Under the pieces are notes generated by a model. It worked only from the letters and a program-made list of their open reading frames with translations. It was not told where the DNA came from and searched no databases. Made by a program: the position numbers and the translations under genes. This document shows positions 25,620 through 38,465 of a DNA stretch of 64,000 bases, in pieces. Source of the DNA: Squalus acanthias (lineage: Eukaryota); NCBI GenBank assembly GCA_030390025.1, contig CM059432.1, positions 86,368,001-86,432,000 on the forward strand, read 5' to 3'. The first letter of the stretch is position 1, and each line of letters opens with the position of its first letter.

Positions 25620-27443
25620 TCGCTGGAAGGAGCACTTGAAAGATCTCCTTAACCGAGACTCTGTCTTCGACGCAAGTGTCCTCAACTCCATCCCGCAGCA
25701 TGCTACCCGCCACCACCTCTGCACAACCCCAGCCTCTCATGAGGTTGAAAAGGCCATCCGACAACTGAAGAACAACAAGGCCTCAGGAGCAGATGGAATC
25801 TCCGCTGAGGTGCTAAAACATGGCGGAGAAGCACTATTTGCATGAATTCATTTCTCTTATTTGGAAGGAGGAGAGCATGCTAGGGGATCTCAGACGCCAT
25901 AATCGTGACCATCTTCAAGAAAGGTGACCAGTCCGATTGCGGTAATTACAGAGGAGTCTCCCTGCTGTCTGCTACAGGGAAAGTCATCACAAGAATCCTC
26001 CTCAATCGCCTTCTCCCAGTGGCTGAAGAGCTCCTCCCAGAGTTGCAATGTGGATTCCGCCCACTAAGGGACATGATCTTCACCGCGCATCAACTACAAG
26101 AGAAATGCAGGGAACAGCACCAACCGCTGTACATGGCCGCCTTTCACCTCACAAAGGCCTTTGACACCGTCAACCGTGAGGGATTATGGCTGCCCTCAAG
26201 TTTGTCACCATCCTCCGCCTGCTTCACAACATGCAAGCTGTGATCCTGACCAACGGATCCACCACAGACCTAATTCACGTATGGACCAGGGTCAAGCAAG
26301 GCCGTCATCCCATCAACGCTCTTCTCGATCTTCCTGGCTGCAATGCTCCATCTCGCCCTCGGTAAGCTCCCGCTGGAGTGGAGCTAATCTACAGAACAAA
26401 CGGGAAACTGTTCAACCTCCGTCGCCTCCAGTCCAGATCCAAGGTCGTCCCATCCCATCATCGAATTACAGAATGCAGACGACGCTTGCGTCTGCGCACA
26501 CTGAGGTCGAACACCAAACCATCGTCAACACCTTCACCGACGCGTACGAGAGCATAGGCCTTACACTAAACATCCGTAAGACAAAGCTCCTCTACCAACC
26601 TGCACCCGCCACACAGTACTGCTCCCTGATTATCAAAATCCATGACAAGGCCTTGGACAACGTGGACCACTTTCCATACCTCGGGAGCCTACTGTCAATA
26701 AGGGCAGACATCGATGACTAAGTCCAACACTGCCTTCAGTGTGCCAGTGCAGTCTTTGGTCGCCTGAGGAAGAGTATTTGAAGACCAGGACCTCAAACCC
26801 GGCACCAAGCTCATGGTCTACAGAGCAGTAGTGATACCCGCCCTCCTGTATGCTTCAGAGACATGGGCCATGTACAGCAGGCACCTCAAAGCACTGGAGG
26901 TACCACCAACGCTGCCTCAAAGATCCTGCAAATCCATTGGCAGGATAGGCGCACCAATGTCTGTTCTCGCTCAGGCCAACATCCCCAGCATCAAAGCTTT
27001 GACCACACCACTATTGGCTCCGATGGATGGGCCACATCGTCCGCATGCCCGATACGAGACTCCCAAAGCAAGCGCTCTACTCGGAGCTCTGACACAGCAA
27101 GAGAGCCCCAGGTGGGCAGAGGAAACTCTTCAAGGACACCCTCAAAGCCTCCTTGGAAAAAGTGTAACATCCCCACCGACACCTGGGAATCCCTGGCCCA
27201 AGACCGCACAAAGTGGAGGAGAAGCATCCGGGAAGGTGCTGAACACCAAGTCTCTTTGCCGGGAGCAAGCGGAAGCCCAGAGAAAGAAGCACACATCAAC
27301 CCAAGCACCCCACCCACCGTCTGTCCCACCTGTGACAGAGACTGTAGGTCCCGCATTGGACTCATCAGTCACCTGAGAACTCATTTTTAATGTGGAAGCA
27401 AGTCATCCTTGGTTCTGAAGGACTGCCTAAGAAGAGAAGAGAA
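25620..27443 (+). mobile_element. 5'-truncated RTE-clade (BovB-like) LINE, frameshifted
   Basis: RWKEH, KASGADGI, CGNYRGVSLLS, QCGFRP, LTKAFDTVNR, FPYLGS and LLYASETW, plus a C-terminal C2H2 finger CPTCDRDCRSRIGLISHLRTH; short 3' UTR ending in an (AAGAG)n tail. Confidence 0.93.
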
Positions 27444-30190
27444 CCCTGGTGAGACCACACCTGGAGTATTATATATAGTTTTTGTCTCCTTACCTAAGGA
27501 AGGATATACTTGCCATAGAGGGAGTGCAACAAAGGTTCACCAGACTGGTTCCTGGGATGGGGGGGGATTGTCCTATGAGGAGAGATTGAGTAGACTAGGC
27601 ATATATTCTTGAGTTTAGAAGAATGAGAGGTGATCTCATTGAAACATGTAATATTCTGAGGGGGATTGACAGGGTAGATGCTGAGAGGTTGTTTCCCCTG
27701 GCTGGAGAGTCTAGAACTAGGGGGCATAGTCTCAGGATAAGGGGTCGGCTATTTAAGACTGATGAGGAGGAATTTCTTCACTCAGGGTTGTGAATCTTAG
27801 GAATTCTCTACCCCAAAGGGCTGTGGTTGTTGAGCACATTCAAAGCTGAGAGTTTTTTGGACTCTAGGGGAATCAAGGGATATGGGGATTGGGCGGAAAA
27901 GTGGAGTTGAGGTCGAAGATCAGCCATGATCCTATTGAATGGCGGAGCAGGCTCGAAGGGCCCTATGGCCTACTCCTGCTAATTCTTGTGTTCTTAAAGC
28001 ATAGACTGTAAAATCAGATACCGGGTTACACAAGCGCTGTTTTTGGGACCTTTTCTATTGATAACGGAAAAATTATTAAAGAAGATTTAACTACATTGAT
28101 GGAATGAGACCATATCTATAAAGTACAATATAATTGGAGCCAAAATGTGTTTTGGTAACTTTTTTTGGTGGGGGGGGGGGACGCAGGGGAGGGAGATGGC
28201 CTGGGGGGAAATGTGTTGTCTCCGCTACTTGCTGCCTTTCTACAAGACTTGTTTAAATCAAACACTGGCAAAATGCAGGTGCACTTTCCATTTTTTTTTC
28301 CTATTGGAAGGGGGTGGGAAAAGGAAAGGGCTGCTAACTTTTTTTCAAAAGAACATTAACAAGCAAATAGTGTTGTATTTTCTGAAAGTTGACATTGTAA
28401 GAACCATCAGTGAGGACTATACATCAGGGAGGAGAGGACTGAAAATACCAGACTCCAGCAAATACTACGTATTGTAAATTTAACACCTCGTTGAATAAAA
28501 CTGGAATATCCTGAAACTTTACAACCTAGCTCACTTCTATTTTTAGACTCCTGCCTATTATTGCTGCCTTTTGTAAATGAAAATATCTGGGTAAACTGTA
28601 GTTTTGTACTTCAGTCAATATTGATCTGATTTAACACTAGTTACAACTTGAACTATAATCTGTAGTAGGGTTTGTGGAACTTTTAAGTGGTGCTTTCTAA
28701 AACTCATGTCATATACTATAAAGTACAATTGTCCTGTTTAAATATGCATTTAGGAGCAAAACTGAAGTGTATTTTGCAATTTACGAAGTTGTCAGCTTGC
28801 ACATAAACAACTAGGACAATTCGGCACTGAGCTCTAATTTTCAAGAAATGAAAGCCAATGGATGAAGTTGTGATCCTGGAGGTGGGGAGATGAACTGACC
28901 CAGTTATTTTACAATTGGTTACTTGTTTTGGGGAGCAGATTGACAAGATGCCAAATGACAGGGAGCAAATGCCATGTTGATGGCACAGCATTCTCTCTGT
29001 TCCTGAGGGTAATCAGGCTTGCCAGGCAAAAGGATTTGGCTCTGTTAATATGTATGGCACATGTAAGGAATGTTTCACTTGAGCTCTGTGTGCCCTTAGA
29101 TGGGCTTTAAATGCTTTTTCTTCTAGTGCAGAATTTAAATGTATTTTAATCAACTTCTATTCCAACAGTGTCTTTAAATCTTGTATTGCAGCAAGTCACC
29201 AAATATTTCCTGGTAAAAGTTGAGCTGTCTACCATAATTTCATGAAGATGCAATATTTTCAATAATTTGTCCAACAAATGATAATGTTGGCAATCTGACC
29301 AACCTTTTTAATGATGCTTCATGCTTTAGATTTACACGGTTATAATACAATGGCTGTATAAATTGCCTGTACTTCAAACCTTTTGATTGAACAGGACCAT
29401 TACAGTCTCTAATAAAAGACATCACTTGTCGTCTGGCGGGGGTGGGGGGAACCCCTCACACTGAAGATAGACCATATAGAGGCCTTTAGCAAACTTTTTT
29501 TTTTTCCTGCTATGTAAAATAACACTGGACATGGGGTTGACTGCCAAAATACCTGTCGTATAAGACCCTTGCAGCTATCAGAAGACTTTCTTTCAGATCA
29601 GCTTGGGTTCCAGAAGTGACTAACTTGCTATGCACCGACCCAACCATTTTCAACACAACAGTAGCTTGTAGGACATTGCAACACATGATCGCTGTTGAGA
29701 GAATTAAATGAATGCTTTCACTATTGGAGGAAGTGAAAACACTCTCTCTTGAAATGGCAAATATGCCACCTTCATTAAATAAGATGACTGGAGGAATTTG
29801 ACTTCCATTTAGGAAGTTGCTGTTGTACTAGCCAAATGAATCTGATATTTAGTACTGAAAAGCAGGATTTCACATTGGTGCTATAAACTAATCAATGTTT
29901 TCTCTTTTTAATGCTTGAAGCCAGGTGCTGGTCTCCAGGGTGTGCTATGATGTGTGTCCAACAATAAGTTCTACAATTTGTTTTCCAAGGGGTCATTCAG
30001 TGGACATGTGCTGAGGCTTCACCTATCTTCAGGAGGCACACACATCTCGTCCTCAAAGAAAACGAAGGTCAAAATAAGAGCATAGAATCTGTAGCCAAAT
30101 CCCATCATTTAACAAATTAGCAAAGCTGATGCAAGTTTTATTCTGTAGCATAACTACTTAATAGTGCAAATACACAGGACCAGCACCCAC

Positions 30191-30298
30191 TAAGGTGACC
30201 ATATTTTCTAAACCGAATCCCGGGACACGCAGGGTGGGAGCACAGCAAAGTAGTCAGGATGGGAAAATGTAGGTTGCGCTGCATAGCGAAGCAATTTG

Positions 30299-30332
<34 letters not shown>

Positions 30333-32058
30333 GCTACAAATGTGCATATAATTACCACTGATGTGACAACACACTATTGACGTGCATTCAGACACTGTTT
30401 ATAAATAATACAGTAACACTATTCAGGAGCATCAGTTTTTCATACCCACTGTCTATGGCCTATTCGGGGGGGAAACTCTTTCTTCACATCAGTGCCTCAG
30501 ATTTATTCATTATTGTGCGCTATCCGCATTTCAAGAAAACCAGCATGACAACTTTGTAGCTTCTGCTAGTAGGAAACGCATAGACATTAATCTCCATCAA
30601 CCATCACGCAGTCAACAATAATATGGATATGTGGAACAGATGCTCTGTTGTATGCTAGTTCCAGGATATGAAAGCTTATACTTGAGGGTCTCTGACAGTT
30701 TACCCATGATCCTATCTTTAGTTTGCACACTGACCACAAAGTACAACCAAGCAGCATCCACCTGTTAGTTTCAAGCTTTCGGTACACTGACACCCAGCTC
30801 TACCTCTCCTCCGTCTCTCAACACTTCCACTACCTTTGTTGTCAGATTGCTCGTCTGACATCCAATCCTAGATGAGCCAAAATTCCTCAAGTTAAACATT
30901 GGGAACACCTAAGCCATTGTTTTCAGCCCCACCACAAGCTCCGTTCCCTGGCCCACTACCTCCGGTTTAACCAAATGGTTTGCCACAGCAGCATCCCTGA
31001 ACTGAGCTTCCAACTCCATAATCCTTTCCATCACAGACTGCCCACTTCCACCTCCATAACATTGCCCATCTCTGCTCCTGCTTCAGCCCACCTTCTCTCC
31101 TATGGCTGAGGTGTTTTTTTTTTACAAACCACTTTCAGGATTTTCTCCAGTGTATGTATTATGGAATTTCCATGTTCTCGCCAACAGCACGTGGATGGAC
31201 CTCGCAGACTTACTTGTTCGTCATGAAGGTTAAAACCATCTGTTCATCTGCCTCTGCCATGCCTCCCAATCACCTTTTCCCACCTAGCCAAGGTTCCCCT
31301 GTGGCCTAGCCCCAAGCCCATGTGTTTCTCTAGTTTCTCCTTACTTCCTGCTCTTTGTGAATGAGACCCACTTCCTGGCTCCCTTGACCCCATTCCCGCT
31401 AAACTGTTGGCCACTAATGTACTACTAGTGTTTATTTCAGTATTGCTGCACAAGCTTAAAGACAAAGAGGCCTAAAGTGAATCTGGGGGTAGTAAAGATT
31501 GATTACATAAGGTTAAAAAAAAAAACACACGCTACAAATTTGAAACATAAATGGCTCCATCAGTATCTATGAAAATAAATAAAAATTTTGGGACCAGGGT
31601 TCTTTAGAACTAGGGGGTTGAATAAAGCACCTCAATTTGTAAGAACACAATGTATCCAAGTACTTAAAAGATACTGGTTAAATAAACTTGCTTTCTTAAA
31701 TTTGGCACGCTTCCTTTGCTCCATTCTTAGTCCTACTTGGCCTTCGTCTTTCACCGGATAATCCCGTCTCTGCCCGTACTTTATTTGTCTAATTTATTTA
31801 TGACTTCGATTGAAGATTTAGACTGACCAAAGCAGGGGAAATTGAGTTGCATCGGTCACCCCGGTTTGACGACATGGTGGGCAGTGCCACCAGCCCGTGA
31901 CAACCAAGGTTGTTGACTGTAAACATCAGCTGCACCTGCGATAACTACTTATAATCACTGAACATTTTATCTGGGGATGCGGTTCCTGAACCGGGGACAT
32001 TGTTTGCCCGGGGACACTGCACCTAATCCGGGGACTGTCTCAGAAAACGGTCACCCTA
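30191..32058. mobile_element. Old hAT element (Blackjack-like termini) containing L2 fragments
   Basis: Left end TAAGGTGACCATATTTTCT…CCCGGGACA; right end reverse-complements to TAGGGTGACCGTTTTCT. Three subterminal CCGGGGAC repeats at ~31990-32037. No 8-bp TSD retained. Confidence 0.7.
30790..31415 (+). mobile_element. Two L2 fragments (about 30790-31095 and 31225-31415)
   Basis: Homologous to segments of the 12183-14673 L2 (gacacccagctctacctc, ttaaacattgggaa, gaccccattcccgctaaactg). Confidence 0.75.
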
Positions 32059-33864
32059 GTTTACTCTGCTGGAGCAACCAGCTTTGAGATGGCAGTTCTG
32101 CAGACAATTTGTTCTGGCCATACACTGTTTCCTGCAGCTCCCTATACTTCTTGCCAGTGCAGTTTTTTGGCAGGAGAACTGCAACTTGACAGTTGGTTGC
32201 ACAACTATAATGTAGTACATATTTAAAGTGATGGTGGATGTGGAGAGGACTGAACAAGAGTCTTGTGCATTCCTAGCTATGTTTGAAAATCCCTTTTTGG
32301 GTGGAGCAGTAAAAAATATTGTACATTCAGAGTAACTAGTTTGAAATATTTTTCAGAACTGTAAGTACTTGCTATAAATTTGCACAAGATTGTTTTTTCT
32401 TGCTGTATTTGTCATGAATGTAATGTCTTGATTCATGCCAGACTATCATCTATTGTAGTCTTGAGACTTCCAAGTTGTTTTAGATTGGAAAAAGGAGAGG
32501 AAATGTCTTCTGTTTTCAATGTCACTTTACAAGCGGAACAAATTTGTACACGAGTGCAGATATAAAACCACAAACTCTCACTGATTGATAGACATAAGTT
32601 ATGTACACAATCACAGCAGTATATGCTGAAGGTGTTTCATTTATGTATAGGTGAATGGGGGACCAAAATAGAAGTGAAAGGGGCAGTAAGCTAGGTAAGT
32701 TTTTTTTGAGAAATTAGAATTGTGATGGAAAAATATAATTAGTGGAAAATCGGCACACGAGACCAACTGCAATGGGCAAGAAAGATGCATACTAGAGGGG
32801 TGCATGGGAGAACTGTATTAGGAAGCTGAATGTTTATGTACGTTACAGCATCAGATGCTGGTCTGTTTCTGCTACCTTGTGGGTTGTACCTCAAGCTCAT
32901 CACATGAAAGTACTTTATGGCTGCCTATGTTGGCAAATTGGGATCCCTTGTTTAACAAACATAGAAATTCAAGTAATCTGAACTATTAATAGAACTACTT
33001 CCAATAAATCCTAATGACTGGCTTGTTGGTGTTGCTGGAAGGACTATAATAGTAAGGATCCAAACTAAAGAAATCCAGGTGGCTTTTTGAAAACGAGGTC
33101 TGTTTAAACATTGTTTCAGCTGCCTTGTTGCACTAATGTGGGATGACACTACAGCTGTGATCAGCTTGGTTTCCTAAAATCCATCTCCATTCTTCAGTTT
33201 AAAAAGGCAACAGGAAAATTAATTGAGAGGTGCAAGCGAGCAAAATAAAATCTCTCCGCTTTTGTGAATTAATCTGCCATAAACGGAAACTGAAGGCTGC
33301 TTTGTGACTAACAATGGCTGGAGTGTTTAAGTCTCTGAACTAGGATGTGGAACCTTGTTTGGTTTAACACATTTGGTGTATTGGAGGGCCCCCAAGGCCA
33401 CACATTCACCCAGTAAATTGGCTTCAGTTTATACATTCTTGCTAGAGTTCAAATCTTCCATTCTCAATACATTGATCATTTCAAAAGCAATTTCAGCACC
33501 AGTACTCTTAATTTAAAAAAATAAATTAAAAAAATTCCAACTTCTGAAGATAGACCAGAGAAACTAGAAAAAACCAAGTTGGAAAGACGCAGGACTGCAG
33601 TCGGATATCTAATAATTTTAAAAATTCTTCTTTTTGGTGGCTTGAGCATTTAGTGTGCATCAGCACTTGGATCGAACCTTAAGCTCTGGGCACCCAGTTC
33701 TATGGCAATACGATGGCTTTGTGAGGGTGGGGTGAGGCGAAAGGAGATGATGATTGGGTGTGGCAATATATGAAAGGTTTCTATCAGAGCTGGCATATAA
33801 GGATGTCTTTGGGTCTGTTGGACAGAATCTATATGGATAGAGTTGAGCAATAGGCAGGACAATA

Positions 33865-34803
33865 GTAAAATTCACGGTGTGCATTACAGGCCACCAAATA
33901 TTGGAGATGAGCTAGAGGAGGAAATTGGAGAACAGTTGAAGTGATTTACCCCAGGGGTTGATGCTGTGTCCACTTTTCTACTAACTATATACCTTTTAAT
34001 AGCTAATGTATAACTGTTTGCATTTTTGGTATGAACATTGAAATTTGCTGATGCAAAACTAGATGTTTGGCAAAGTGAGGACATGTGTTGGCAGAATAGA
34101 CAAACCGGTGGCAGAGGCAATTTTGTTGGCAGCAGGAATTTGAGTATACTTTCAATGAAAATACACTGAAGGATGTGGCATGGCAGAGATCTAGGGGTGC
34201 AAATATAAAATTCATTGAAAGTACTAGAGTAGGTAGATAAAGCCATAAAGGTCAATAGCATTTGGGGTTTTGTAAATGAGTATAGAATACAAGTGCAGTG
34301 AGGATATTGTACAGATTTGGATACAGTGTGATTTGGGCACCCCATTATAGAAAAGACATAGTATAGAGAATATACAACTTTGATTCTCCAGGTTAATGCT
34401 AGGGATGGGGGAGATATTGGGATTATTTCCACTGGAGTAGAGAAGTCTAAGGGATTTAATGGAGGCTTTAAAAAAAAAAAAAAAGGGGCCTTGGTACAAT
34501 AGGGAAAGATGATTTTCTCATTGGGCAGTCAGTGACAAGATCGCCAATTTAAAACCCTCACCCAAGAGGGGCAAGGAGAAATGTCTTTACTCAGAACATT
34601 AGACTATGGAATGCTTTTGCTATAGAAAGTAGTTGAGGCAGAAACCATTGCATCCAAGTGAATAAATTTTTGAAGTAGTAGTTGCAGTGCTGTGGGGTGA
34701 TGTCCAGGTACTTGAATTTGTTTCTGAATTGTTCTAGCAAAGACCTGGCACAGTCCTGATGGGACTAATGGCTGCCTCCTGTGCTGTACACTTCAATGAT
34801 TTG
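33865..34803 (+). mobile_element. Old degenerate CR1 3' fragment
   Basis: Remnants aaatttgctgatg, gatctaggggtgc and tatggaatgc, plus the tail cctcctgtgctgta…atgat. Confidence 0.7.
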
Positions 34804-36806
34804 ATGGTAGCTTCCAACATAATACATTGGTACATAACAGATGCCAGTCTGTTTCCTATTTTGTGACTTTTCACTTCAGCCTGTGCATAGATTTGAGGTT
34901 TATATCTAGAATGGCTCCAATTAAACTGTCCTAGCTTTAAAATACTAGGTCACCCAGTGCACAGTTCAACTTAAAGAATGGCTTTTTAGACCCTTCAATA
35001 TATGGTATATTCCCAAAGCAGATTAGCTTCTCTGCATGTCCTCAAATCTGAGTTGCAACTTATTTCAAGTTTAGGGTCTGTCTTAGATATTCTCTTGGAT
35101 ACAATGAAGTAGTCTGAATGTATTGTGTTCAAGGATGTGCCCATACTGCCCAATATCTAATTATACAGTACAATAACCCAAGGATGTGACCAGAGGATCC
35201 CCTTGTGGTTTTAACTATGACCTCAGGCATTTCAATCATTTGGGGTGGACCATGACAAGCCAAGAGATGGATTGTTGAACTGCTTTATTTTACAAATCAG
35301 AAGTGATCAAGTCAAAGCACATTCCACTTGCTTCACTCCAGCTCCATTCTCTCCCTTTTCAAAAAAAAAATGCAAGAGGGGTTGGGTAAATAAATAAACC
35401 ACAAACCATGTCCCTTTTGTGGGGTGCCTGACTTTTTGTTTTTGTTTTCAGCATTGCCTCGCTAGAATGCTTGTAACTGGAAAATTGACTACCTGTGTTT
35501 GTCGCTTCCCACTCTAGACTCCCAGCCCGAAACCTACTGCAGTCTGTGTAATACTTGGCTGCCTCTTGTCTTTTTTTAATCTGTCCTGCTCTCCTTCCTC
35601 CCACTCACTCACTCACTCACTCAGGGGGAGGTCTGTGATGCTGACTATCCACTTAGTGATTGACTAGTAGGTGGGCCAATAAAGAAACAGCAACCTCTCT
35701 TTCCTCCCCCATTTTTAATTTTAAAGTCCACTCTGTTCTCAATGAATGGGGGCCATCCTGTCTAATGAGCCTGGGATTAAATAATTGACTCATTTGTATC
35801 AGTTTGAAATGGACTGAGTGGTGACATGCCGCAAACTAGCCCATATGGTTTTAATATAGGTCTTCAATGCCTACTGCCTGTGGCCTTTTTATTTAAAAAA
35901 AACACTTGGGTTAAAGCAACTCCATCCCAAAATCCTTTTGTGAAGGAGTAAAAAAAAATTTGAAATGTGACCCTAGGCAAAGGCTACTGGATGAGGAGTA
36001 AAATGAATTGGCGTGTTGCTAGAGCCCTTCTTGTTCTGGTGGCAAAGCATTCAGTCTTTAAGCTCCCCAGTCTATTGGCTATCTTAAAATAATGCTTTTG
36101 TCCTTCTACAAAATTCTACCATCTACAAATGGTTGTTTAATTGCCTTCAGGGAATCTCAAAATTGCAAGCTTTCTGCACTAAATGACTTTGATAGTACTT
36201 AGTTGCTTTAATTTGTAACTATTGAAGGCTTGGGTTGGTGTATTCTTTTACTCCATTTTGAATGTTAAGTTCAGTCTGTCACAGCCTTGCTGCCATTGCC
36301 CTCTTGGCTCTCTTCTCGGTTGAATTTTATTGATGATGCAAAGGTAGGAATAATACATTTATTGAGTAGGGTCCCCATTGCTTTAACTATCCCTATTCCA
36401 TGATAAGTTTCTGAAATTTTCAATAACTTGATAAAGTTCTGTGGAAGGGCAATACTGCTTGGGTTTTGGGCACAAAGATGATTTCTGTTTTTGTGTAACT
36501 TGTCTAGTTTCCCACTTTGTTTTTGCATATGAAATAAAATTCTATTAGAGTAGAAATTTGAGGTTTTGGTTTTGTTTTGCACATTCTAAACTGAGTTCAC
36601 TCCTTTTTTAAATCCTGAATAGTGCCTTATATAGATTTGCAATCCTGCAAAATGTCCCCTGATGAGCTATGACAGTGTTGTCCAATACATTAGCCACTAG
36701 CTGCATGTGACAAATTGGGAATCTAAAAAAAAAAATCAGAAATGCAACTATCCACATCTAAAGTAATGGATACAGTCATTGAGCATATGAGCACAATAGT
36801 GTATGA

Positions 36807-37098
36807 AACATAGAAACATAGAATCTAGGAGCAGGAGTAGGCCATTCGGCCCGTCGAGCCTGCTCCGCCATTCAATACGATCATGGCTGATCATCCAAAT
36901 CCAGTACCCTGTCCCTGCTTTAATCCCCACAGTACACATATCCCACCCTACCCCCGTAACCCCACGTATTTAATTCCCCCTAACATATCCCATCCTATCC
37001 CCATAACCCCACATCTTTAATCCCCCCTAACACTAAGGGTCAATTTATCATAGCCAAATCAACCTAACCCACACATTTTTGGACTGTGGGAGGAAACC
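36807..37098 (-). mobile_element. 5'-truncated HE1-like V-SINE with a CR1(HER1)-derived tail
   Basis: CR1-type tail (aaacatagaaacatagaa…gagtaggccattcggccc) joined to a V-domain-like segment (caacctaacccacacatttttggactgtgggaggaaacc). Confidence 0.7.
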
Positions 37099-37514
37099 CA
37101 CATGTGTACTTTAACCTTGCTGTGTGTTTGGTAACATGAAAAGCAGAGAGTGAGTGCTTTATCCTTGGTTACTTAATGGTGGTAGATGTTAAGTTCATGA
37201 AGTATGTTTAATTGTACTATGAGTGTATGCAAGGTGTTTCCACTAAAATTAGTGCATGTGGTTAAAAAGGTGTTGCAATAGAGAGTAAGATGAAGCAGAA
37301 AAAGAGTGTCGTAAGAATGAGCCTTACGCGTGGTGAACTTAAAGTAAGCTTTAATCAACTAAAAAGGTGCTACATACAAAAGAGGTCTTACTCTATGCCT
37401 CTCCAGGATCCCACTGATCAGCCCAGTATTTATCCTGGACTAATCACAGGAAGTGATGTAATAAAGTTCGAGTCACAGGAAGCTGTATTGTGTTACCACA
37501 AAGAGCACATATGA

Positions 37515-38465
37515 CATGTCTGGGTGAGAATCAGGCTGAATATAGAAAGTTCAGCAGGGAAGTGAAAAAGAAAATAAGAGGGGCAAAGTATAAGAATAGA
37601 TTGGCAGCTAACAAAAGGGAATTCAAAAGTCTTCTATAGGCATATAAAAAATAAATGGTTAGTAAGGGGAGGAGCTAATTAGAGACCAAAAAGGAGACCT
37701 ACGCATGGAGGCAGAGGGCATAGCTGAAGTACTAAATGAGTACTTTGCATCTGTCTTCACCAAGGAAAAAGATGCTGCCAAAGTCCTAGTGAAAGAGGAG
37801 ATAGTGGAGCTACTGGATGAGAAGAATTGAAAAAAGGAGGTACTAGAAAGGCTGTCTGAAGTTTGTCACTAGGACCAGAAGGGATGCATCCTAGGATGCT
37901 GAGGGAGGTTAAGGAAGAAATTGTGGAGGTACTGGCATAATCTTCCAATCCTCCTTAGATACGGGGGTGGTGCCAGAGGACTGGAGAATTGCAAATGTTA
38001 CACCCTTGTTCAAAAAAGGGTGCAAGGATAAACTCAGCAACTACAGGCCAGTCAGTTTAACCTCTGTGTAGTGGGGAAGCTTTTAGAAACTAATCAGGGA
38101 CAAAGTTAACAGTCAGTTGTGGATTAATTAAGAAAAGCCAGCATGGATTTGTTAAAGGCAAATTGTGTTTAACTAACTTGATTGAGTTTTTTGATGAGAT
38201 AACAGAGGGTTGATGAGGGCAATGTGACATGAGGAAAACCTTTTTACGCAGCGAGTGGCTAGGATCTGGAATGCACTGCCTGAGAGGGTGGTGGAGGCAG
38301 ATTCAATTGTGACTTTCAAAAGGGAATTGGATAAGTACCTGAAGGAGAAAAATTTGCAGGGCTACAGGGAAAAGGCGGGGGAGTGGGACTAGCTGAAGTG
38401 CTCTTGGAGAGCTGGCGTGGGCTCGACTGGCTGAATGTCCTTCTGTGCTGTAACCATTCTATGAT
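37515..38465 (+). mobile_element. CR1 LINE with a large internal deletion
   Basis: RT N-terminal region (DWRIANVTPLFKKG, NYRPVSLTS) jumps at ~38225 directly to the ORF2 C-terminus; tail ATTCTATGAT. Confidence 0.88.

Larger units (their letters stand above)
24802..27996 (+). mobile_element. CR1 3' fragment interrupted by a MITE and an RTE LINE, with an internal duplication
   Basis: CR1 ORF2 remnants at 24802-25060, 25414-25620 and 27444-27996. CR1 tail …cctactcctgct…ttcttgtgttctt ends at ~27996. Confidence 0.88.

Noticed and set aside
33884..34432. 182-aa minus-strand ORF
   Set aside because: Antisense to a degenerate CR1 fragment, with no coding signature.
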